A stretch of DNA of 62,751 nt, counting the filler, from Platydemus manokwari (taxonomy: Eukaryota): assembly GCA_037951405.1 (NCBI GenBank). It is 6 parts of 6 records of this genome, joined end to end, with 100 filler letters (N's around TTAATTAATTAA, not from the genome) between each part and the next. Parts side by side here need not be neighbours in the genome. Positions count along the whole stretch, not along the records: positions 51,635 to 62,751 come from JBBMOY010901088.1; 5 more parts are not named here. One strand, given 5' to 3'. Below, piece by piece: positions 53,321 to 62,751 of this stretch. The translations under genes were made by a program, and so were the position numbers. The notes under the pieces were generated by a model. It searched no databases. It was not told the origin of the DNA and saw only the letters and a program-made list of their open reading frames with translations. How positions within the stretch are numbered: the stretch's first letter is position 1; each line of letters opens with the position of its first letter.

Positions 53321-55832
53321 TTACAATTCGTCTTGTTCGTTAATGAAAACAGTATCATCTGGTGGACCAAAACCCTCCTGATAAAATAAGCTAACTTATT
53401 CAATGAAATATAACATGTTTTATTTACTTCTGTTTCATACAAAATGTCAAATATTTTTTGAATAAATTTTGTGACGGGATCCATGTCTTGACAAAGAATC
53501 TCTATGTCACGGAGTTTATTAAAATAAAAGTCCCTTTCTTTCATTAAACCGTCAATTATGTTTTTATCTTCCGCAGACTTAAATAAAAAATTAAAATAAA
53601 TTCTTGATAGATATGTACAAATCAACAATAAATTAATTTTAAGAATATCACATTAGTGATTGACCTTAATAATATTACAATGTCGAGATGATTAAACCTT
53701 TCATGAATTTATTTTAAAAAGAATTTCTAAATTAAAAAATAATCATTGAAATTCGGATTATGATTTTGAAATTCATATTAATAATGTAGTAAATGAACGA
53801 AATATGAATAAAATATTTAAATAATTATTCTTAATTATTGTAGCATTTAGTCTCGTTGGAAAATTTTATTCAATCTTATTGGAGTATAAACATTATTATT
53901 CATTCTTAGTGCGAGAATTTTTAATTAATTTAAATTTTTAATGATTTAATTCAAAATTTATATAAAAATATATTAATTTGTTTATATAATTGCATTTAAA
54001 TATATAATTTGATGTCTTGACTTTTCAGTTCGTTTTAAATGCGTGCTTTACAAAATAATAGCGGCAATCAGGGACTGGAAATTATAGAAGTAGGTACTAA
54101 TAACACATAGAGAATATATAAAGAAGCTGTAGAGAAAATATAAAGGAGGTACAAAAAGAAAAAAGCTAGATAAAATAAAAATAGATTTTTATGCAGATAA
54201 ATATGTAGAGTATCTCATACAGAGACGATTAAGAATACAAATAAAATCGAAGATTTTAAAGAATGGGGTATGAGGATTTCTAAATGGATTAATTTTTTAA
54301 AGATTTATTCAAAATTTATATAAAAATACATTAATTTGTTTGTATAATTGTATTTAAATATATAATTTGATGTCGTGACTTTTCAGTTCATTTTCAATGC
54401 GTGCTTGATGTATTAATACCGGATTACACTTAATATTTTGAAAAATCTCTAAGTTGAAAAAATTAAATCCATTTTTAAATCATAACTCAACCTTATTTGC
54501 CATGTAATTAAAGAAGATCATATCTAAGCAACTTAATTTATATAAAATAATTCGAATTACTTTCTTCGTAAAAGACGTTATATATATTTAAATATATTTC
54601 AATTACTTAAGGAGTACCTTATAAAAATCTTATTTTATATAAATTATGCAAACTGCCGTAACTCTGCGTTGAATACCAAACTCTAAATTAGCCCTGAAAC
54701 AGAACTAGTTAAATAAAAAACCTTGACATTCAAATTTTCAATAGCTTTAGTAATTTGAATTATTTCATGAATATCATTTCGTGAGCAATTTTTACGATTT
54801 TCACACTCAGACGAATGTATTATTTGAAGACCTATTCGTAATTTGAATTTGATTTTCGATTAATGAATTTTAGTTTACTTGACTTTTTCGAATTGAATAC
54901 TTTTGAAATAGAAGTGGAATGCCACGAATCACCGTGTGGTTTTGAAGTATTATCCTTTAAAGGTTTTTGCGAATAACCTTCTTCTCTAGCTTTAACTGCA
55001 TTGTAATCATGGCCGTCATAATTTGCATCGAAAAATCGTTTAAACCACTGGACGAATTCAAAATTATCTTGAAACTTTCCTTTTACTAATCTAGCCACTG
55101 GAGCTTCCTTTATTTATATTTTTAAAATAAAAATTAACTATTGAAAATTTTCATATATTTATGGTTATCCAATAATATTTTTGAAAATTATTAATATTCT
55201 TTTATGTTTATTTTTTTAAACTTACTATTTCAATTTTTTTTGTTTTGTGTTAAAGAATAAGAAATAAAAATGAAAATAAAATATTTCAGATAAATAATAA
55301 ATGAATTATTATTATCTATCTTTAATTTTTAATTAAGATAATTTTCAAAAATAATATTTTGTGTAATATTTTAAAAAAAATTGCATTTAATATTATAAAA
55401 GTTATGTTGTAAATTATTAAATTTAACTTTGTCTACTCCATGTTTTTTAAAAAGAGATTGGAGCACTTTGAAATTACTGATAAATTCATGTTCTAGTTTG
55501 GTATTGAATTTGACTTTTTTAAAATAAAGCGTCCCTAAAGATTCATTATAATAAAAGAATTTGATAATTTTGAAACCTGGAAATAACATATCCATTAACT
55601 GACAATAAATGGCTCCTAAATAATAAAAAGTATTTCATTGATGTGGGAAAAACAATAAAAAAATTTAACTAACGAAAGTGATAAAAAATTGTAAGTTCTT
55701 ACCTCCAGATAATTCTTCTATTTTAGTTATTTGCAAATCTAAAGTAGAATTAATCCAAGCTATGATTGAATTTCTGTTTAAATGCTCAAAAACTTGATTT
55801 GTGTGTGGAACATTAATGGCTTTTTTTGCCAT
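53321..55832 (-). CDS. MAPRE: EB1/MAPRE microtubule plus-end-binding protein, complete, 7 exons
   Basis: MAKKAINV...IAWIN...[23 protein letters not shown]; [13 protein letters not shown]; [26 protein letters not shown]; [18 protein letters not shown]...[14 protein letters not shown]...QDEL*. Introns include 55535-55576 and 53378-53427. Confidence 0.93.
53915..54410 (+). repeat. Tandem partial copies of the LTR-like repeat inside an EB1 intron
   Basis: The ~110-bp block TTCAAAATTTATATAAAAATA...TGACTTTTCAGTTC...ATGCGTGCTT occurs at about 53950-54050 and again at 54308-54406. Confidence 0.8.
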
Positions 55833-57128
55833 ATAAATAGTATATTAAATTTATTATATAATTCAATATATTTATTATGTAAAACAAAAGAATATTTAAT
55901 AATTGATCTGCTATTAAATATTCTAGAATTACTTATAAGTTTAAAATAGTTATGTCGAAATTTTCATTTAACTTTCATTCAAAAATAAATTTGCTTTGTA
56001 TAGCAATTTATTTGCTATATTTATACTCTACCTTTTTTCCCAATTCGTAGTTGTTTATTAAATGATTTAAAAATATTTGTAACATTTTTTACATCAAATT
56101 TCTTTATTATTCAAATGTTAATTAATCTTATTGACTAATTAATTTATTGTTAAGGTTAATAATGTTATAATATTTATTATGTACGCCAGTGGGTCAGAAA
56201 AGAGACAAAGTGGTTATAATGAATCATTGGAAGCAAGACACCTGTAAAGGAAATAAGAATTTTATTATCTTCCTCATTCAAGGCATACAAATATTTCTCA
56301 TTCTAAAAGCCTTTGGCAGTTTTTGTATTCTTTTAACTCTTATTTAACTTTCGTTTTTCCTAAATAAATTTTAAAATATTAACCGACTTATTATCACGTT
56401 CATTGTATTTCTAACACATCGAATAATTATATTAACATATTGTTGTGTTCATTTAGTACCAGCCTTCTTTGTTGCAGTGGGAGAAATAATCCATGTTGGA
56501 ACAGTCAAAAATTTATAGAGTTTCAACCTATAATTATTTCAGTAATTTTCCGGTAAATACATTCTGATACACGTTACGGAAGCCCCGCAAATCCCCAAAT
56601 TAATTAATATAACTACTATAAATTTTGTACATTTATATTTTATGGTGAGTAACAACTATTGTGCCTATGATATTTTTTGTGCCGAAATAAAACTATATTA
56701 AAGATGTAAATCATGGAAGAATAGAAGAAAGTTAAACTGCATTGTAAATGAGTTATATTAGAGAATTTGCCACGGCTAAGAGTTTTGTGAGATTTCTAGA
56801 GATATTTACAACAAATTGGGAATTATATGTTATTCCTGTTAATCATAAAAGTTTGTAAGAAACACTTGATATTGCTAAAAATGTACATTTTCAAATTGCA
56901 TAACTACTTTGGAGTAAACAATAAGCAATACTTATAAATTTGAAGCAGCATTTATAATCAGCTATGATAAAATAAATCAAACATTAAAATAAGCTTTTAG
57001 AAATATCCTTTTATCTTTTTTTTAAAGAAAAAATAGCATATTTCAGAAACAATAACTAAAATATCAATCAGATTTTATTAACACTTTTAAAAATAAATAA
57101 TACATATTTTCATTATTAGAAATTTATG

Positions 57129-59209
57129 TTAATTATTTTTCAAATAAACACTTGAATGAGTGTAATCATTTTCAGTATTGTCTCTTTTATTTACTTTAAT
57201 CCTATGAGAAATATTACCAATATTTGCATTTAAATCGGTTTCAGTTAAAGTACCTAAATCAGTATTTTGATCTTCTTCTTTGATCATAGTTGGTGGAATT
57301 TTTTCCTGATCTACAAAAAGAGCGTCCTGGTAGTCTAATTTCATTCGTACTATATCATCAATTGCATTTTCAAATTCTACCTCTTCCATTCCTTCACCTA
57401 AATACCAATGTAAATACGAACGTTTTCTATAAAGTAAGATGAATTTTTTTGATTCTTGCTTCAATTTATTCATTATAGTAGAATGGTTAGATAACATCAA
57501 TATTGATTTAGGTGGTTGAGAAATACTAGAGGAAAATGTATGAAGGGCTGGGAAATTTGTTTGAGTTATTTTGAAACCAGTTGGACACCAGTCAACCCAA
57601 TGAAACTTGTTTTGTTTTTTTAGAATACGGATTGCTCCAACAATATCATTTACAGCATGACATCCTCTGTATATTAATATGGAAGACATGAAAAGACCAT
57701 TGCTTAGATTCTGACTTAAAAGATTATTATTTTCATCAAATAGTGTCAACGTCAAATCGCTGCATGAATATGGCTGTCTATCTGTCACTTCGTTTGAATC
57801 GAAGGGAGTATAGCTCATCATCGGAAAATTAATTCTCGGATAAGGAATTAAATTCGTTGATATTTCACTCAAAGTTCCGGTTAAAGATCCTTCAAATCTT
57901 AAAGGAGCTGTGACAGTAGAAAATACTGGTGTTAGAATCTTATTTATGTTGTGATAAGTAGGCCTAGTAATATTTAGCTTCTTACTAATGTTATATAAGC
58001 TTTCATTATCGACAATAAAATTTAAATCTTCTGAATTATATGCCTTGCTCAGTCTCATTATTGTATTATAAGGATCAACCACACAATTACTTAATGTTTG
58101 ACCTGGAACAATCAGGCTACCAATTGACATTTTACCACTGTACTCAACCATAGCGCGCTCTAAAAAAAGGGCGAATAATCCACTACCAGTGCCACCCCCT
58201 GTACCAGAATAACCGATAAATCCTTGAAAATTATCACAACTTTCAACAACATATCTGCATTTATCCACAAGTGAGTGAAGCATTTTATAACCTATTGTGT
58301 AAAAGCCTCGACTGAAATTATTTGCTGCATCCTCTATGCTAGATATTAAGAGATCTGGGTGAAATAATTTCCGGAAATATCCAGTGCGAATCTCATCTAG
58401 AATTTTAAGACCAAGATTTATGACAACAGCATATCAAACTTTCAAAAACATAAAATATTTCAAATCAAACATTAATTTTTGCTAATTCATTTGTAATTAA
58501 TTTTAAAAAATTGATGTCTGGAGCTGTTAGGACATTTGAAATAGGCAATCAATGTATCATCATGATGAAGTTTAAAAATTTAATCTCTGATCTAAATTTT
58601 CCATTTTTCGCCAAGTTTAAGTTAGCAATTTCAATGTAGCATATACATGTGTGTATGTCAACAAAACACAAAATAATTATTTTGAAAATTAATTATATAT
58701 TTGAAATCTATATCATGCAAAAATATTGGTTCTAATTTTATGAAACTATTATTTAGCTTTAAATTTTTCCTAATTAGATAATGTATTTTTACTTTTTATG
58801 GATTGTTAAAGTTTTACTTACATGAAGTTAAAATATTCAGAATATTTGTAAATGCAATAATAATTGATTTACAAACTGTGTTGATTTAAGAAATTTTTTA
58901 CATTGAATTCTTCGTTAAAAATAATAACATAATTTCTTAAATTATTGTTATACTAATGCATAAAATCAAAATACCTACTACTGTTGGCTCCGTATCAACT
59001 AGTAACGTTCTTGGAATAAAACGTCTACTTGGACCGTCATGAAAGAATGTTTTCAAAGCGTTTGTTTCCCAGCATTCAGCATTTTGATAAGGCATTTCTC
59101 CAGTTGATGATATATTGTGTTCTGCAGTAATAGTTTGCCACATAGCATCTCCGATTTGAATTCCAGCTTGACCAAAATGTAAGCTGATTATTTCTTTTGT
59201 CATGCTCAT
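57129..59209 (-). CDS. Highly divergent alpha-tubulin, 500 aa (exons 59209-58975, 58396-57129)
   Basis: EIISLHFGQAGIQIG, PRTLLVDTEPTVV/DEIRTG..R.LFHP, EDAANNF.RG, GGGTGSG, LRFEGSL...L.E..TNLIPYPRI, VDWCPTGFK, HWYLGEGMEE.EF. The alpha-specific E254 equivalent is retained. Confidence 0.9.
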
Positions 59210-62200
59210 TATATTCGGACTTAAAAATATATTAAATATTGAATTTCAAATTATCTTCAAATTAATCATTGATTTCAAACATCAACTCTATTTAGCTTAT
59301 TTTTTCTACTTTATACTACTATTACTCAGAATTATGCTTATTTGGTAACCGCGCAAATGTTTCACGGCAACACGCTTGAAAAATATGTGCTTTTATCCAT
59401 AAAATCACAGAAAATAAGCCAATTGACAAAAGGAGAAATCTCAGTAATAAATCTTTATTTTTGGGATTGATTTATGATTGTATTTTTTAACAATAAATTT
59501 AATATAATAGAAATTGTAAAAAATATAATCTTAAAAAATTATTATCCTAGTAATTACAAACATGTCAAGTTTATTGACATGATAAGGAGTGTTAACTTCA
59601 GTAAGCTTTCATCAATTATTATATATAAAATAATTTTAGATGAGAAAGTTTTTGTGCTCCCAGGAATACAATAAATGAATTGTTGTTCGCTATTCTAGAT
59701 CTAGATAAATTTCGTTACATAATTTCTTCATCTCTTTTATCTGTCTATCATTGCGAATAAAAATGAGCAAAGCATTGGATTGATCAGAAATTAATATAAA
59801 ACTTAAGCTGATTTTAGATTGTTATGAAATAGTTTAAATTTTCCTTATTATACATTTGTTCATGCATCCGTAATAACTTCAGTCTCAGAGTGCTGCGTAT
59901 AAAATGAAGCGAAGGTGGCTCTAAATATTTATTGTTCAACATTTTTTTAACACAATTTGTCAAAATAAACTCAACTTGAAATGGCTTCTACTGGCAAAGA
60001 GTCTCCTTTACATCGTCTTATAAAGTTGGGCATGCGTATGTTCTTGCGTGTTTCAATTTAATTTTCGGGTTTTCTGATTTTCTACACCCGATATTGGTCA
60101 ATCCCCACATTGTGTTGTTGTGGATTTATGTTTTTCTACTGAATTTGAATCTTTAATTAAATCATATCTGATTGACTGGTTACCGTACTTGTATGGCTAT
60201 ATAGGCATATATATGTGTATAACGTCGAAACAAGAGTTTGTGGCTTTTATCTATATTCAACAAAAGGAGCCACTGATACGAATCACTTCTAAATGTACTT
60301 AAGCGAAATACCAGTAATATTAAGCTATCAGATTAAAATTGAACTTCTCAAAGTCTGAATCTCACTTACATGCATTTGTGAAATTTTAGAATTATATTAA
60401 AACTAGTAAAATAGCATTATCAATCCTAAAAAATCTCATTCCGATTTTATATTTAAATCTTGAATCAAAGATTAAAAGTACAGGAAACAATCCAAAGCAG
60501 TAGGATGCAAAAAAATTCGTACTTGATGTTTATTAAAAATTACCTCAAAGCACATATAAAGAATAAACCCACACTAAATTACGGTAAATATATAGTTTAC
60601 CGATGGACTCAGTGAAAAAGAGAAAAATGGCCCTAACTTTAGTAACTTCTCATTTCTCATCAATTATCTGGTTGCTCTATCCTATGCCTGCTCTGAATTT
60701 CAGCAACATGCGAAGACACTTAATAATATCTTTTAACCGGATCAAGTTTATGTCAAATGTATCAAGAAATAGCTCAAAACAAACAAGCACTGAACACTAT
60801 ACCAATTCCTCTCTCTTTTGGATTGGAAATGTGATCAATGTATACAAATATAAGTGAAAATTTTTCAAGTTTCAAAGTCTATACTATGTTCACTATGAAA
60901 GCCTGCTTGGCTATCCGTTTTGGCTACTCGTCAAACTCTCAATTCAAAACAGCTTTTGGTGCACTACAAAAATCAAATGTAGCTGCAGTCTACAGCTAAC
61001 CAAATTGCACTATTGTCATCCGACCTATTATATTTATGACATATATTAATCTGGGATTTTATTAGCCATTTATTTCATTAATTTCTTACTTCGCCTGAAT
61101 TATAACATTTGGATTTCTAATTTATTTCTATTAAATTAATTTTAGTGGAACTCTATTTCGTAATTTATTATTTCAAAATTGTGATATTATTCCGGAAATG
61201 CGATTACAATATTACCTCTACCCAATTATTTCATAAATAAAATTGTGATGCTGATTAAATCATTTTATCGTTATACACTTACATCATAACTGATAGTTAC
61301 AATTATACATCCATTCATCAAAATGTTGATTAAAAAATACAATTATTTTAAATAAAAACTGGTTGTCTATTTTTCACGCTATTGTTTATGTTTTAATCTC
61401 CTTCAATTTTTCCGAGATTCCCCTAATTCCAAACACTGACAACAAGTTATTTTACTTTTAATCAATGAATGAATACAAATCAATTATATGTTGGGGTTTC
61501 TAAAATATCAGACTTTGAAAAAACACTTTTAGTTGACAACCATAATATTAAAAATCGACTTTAAGATCAACCCGTATCCTGAAAAATAAAAGATAGAATA
61601 AAACCCCCATAGTAATTATTCAATTTCATTCAACGCATAGTGGTACATTAATAGTAACAAACTGGAATGCTGCCCAAATTTTGAATAATTGATCCATTAT
61701 TTCCTTTGGGTGGGTAATCAGTATAAAAGGTATTTATCAACTAGTGTTTTTGTCCTTTTATTATAAACCACTAATATTTTATTCGAAAAAATCATTTGTT
61801 CATAATCAATTTGCAGAAGTTAAGACGATTCAATTGTCTTATTCAGTTAAGAAGTTTATTCTCTGTAATTCCACAGAAAGGAAATAGTAATATTCTAAGT
61901 TGCTTTGTGTAAAGCCACATATTTGAAAATCTAACTGCATATTCTTCCTATTAGTCGAGCATAGCTCATATATCTTGAAAAGACATATCCCCAATATTAA
62001 GAAGTAGCTTGTTGATCGACGATTTGCTATCCTTATTTATTTCACAGAATTACATCGCTTAAGCGCATATTAATAAAATCAAAATCACTTCGCTGTATAA
62101 AGATATTGGATTTGCATCCTTTAATAGTAATAAATATTATAATGTTAAAATGAAATTTGCTGTTCATTTGGAAGTTAGCCTTCAAGATTTCCAGATTCCA

Positions 62201-62751
62201 ATGATAAAATTACCATCGTCATTCATCACCTTTTGTGAATATTTATAAAAATTTCAAGTTAAAAGAGACTGATAAAATCATTAAAATCCCAGTTGAGATA
62301 GTGAGAGAGGCATTAACGGAATTTAAGCTAGGAAAATCATTATCTACGTCATTACACTTATCTCCATATAAGTTTTGAACTTCTAGTCAAAGAAAAATCA
62401 ATTAATTAAGGTCTAATTGCTACATTAGAGTTAAACAGACACAGTAGTCCTATAACTTATTGATACCCAAACCATCAACTTAGTACATACAACTTCATAA
62501 GTAATATTAACCCTCGTGGTTTTTACGTTATCAACGATAGTTCTTCAAATTTCAGTTTTTGTGAAATTGTTGTAGGAAACTACTTTTATTTTAAAGGAAT
62601 AGTTAAATAAAAAATATTAAAACAACAATTTCAAGAAAATGAAAATTTGAAGATCTATCGATTGTAACGTTAAAACCATTTGAGCTTAATAACAAACTGA
62701 ATAAAATACTAGAAAGGAAGAGATGATTAACCATAATTAAGAAAATTAAAT

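Noticed and set aside
59850-62400. Exon-like and ORF-like fragments upstream of the tubulin gene
   Set aside because: Frames contain stops and no recognisable family motif; cannot support a call.

Overview
Very AT-rich eukaryotic (metazoan) DNA. It is not one continuous locus: six contigs are joined by five artificial 100-bp spacers (44 N + TTAATTAATTAA + 44 N) at 9879, 22373, 31987, 41585 and 51535. Hand-splicing across short (about 42-61 nt) GT-AG introns gives complete genes for an MGRN1/RNF157-type RING ligase, a PARP2-like WGR-PARP, EB1/MAPRE and a highly divergent 500-aa alpha-tubulin, plus an intronless tetraspanin. Partial genes: one large adducin exon, the three 3' exons of a HELZ2-like SF1 helicase, the last exon of an MPP/p55 MAGUK, and an orphan low-complexity 3' end. 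The rest is largely decayed mobile DNA: Ty3/Gypsy gag/pol and LTRs, a Polinton/Maverick remnant, Buster-type hAT MITEs with 8-bp TSDs, a foldback hairpin, and a patchwork of RNA polymerase I largest-subunit (RPA1) pseudogene fragments. Most intriguing: (i) an adducin exon phase-compatible with, and directly upstream of, helicase exons whose own 5' exons are absent; (ii) linked alpha-tubulin and EB1 genes that both lack the C-terminal EEY/F motif; (iii) ubiquitin-like domains in a retroelement-like tract; (iv) repeated intron-bearing RPA1 fragments; (v) a tRNA-like Pol III element behind the Polinton integrase. Tiny introns with weak splice signals and fast-evolving proteins suggest a reduced invertebrate, possibly a parasite (inference only). 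All protein identifications are by eye from remembered family motifs; no searches were run.
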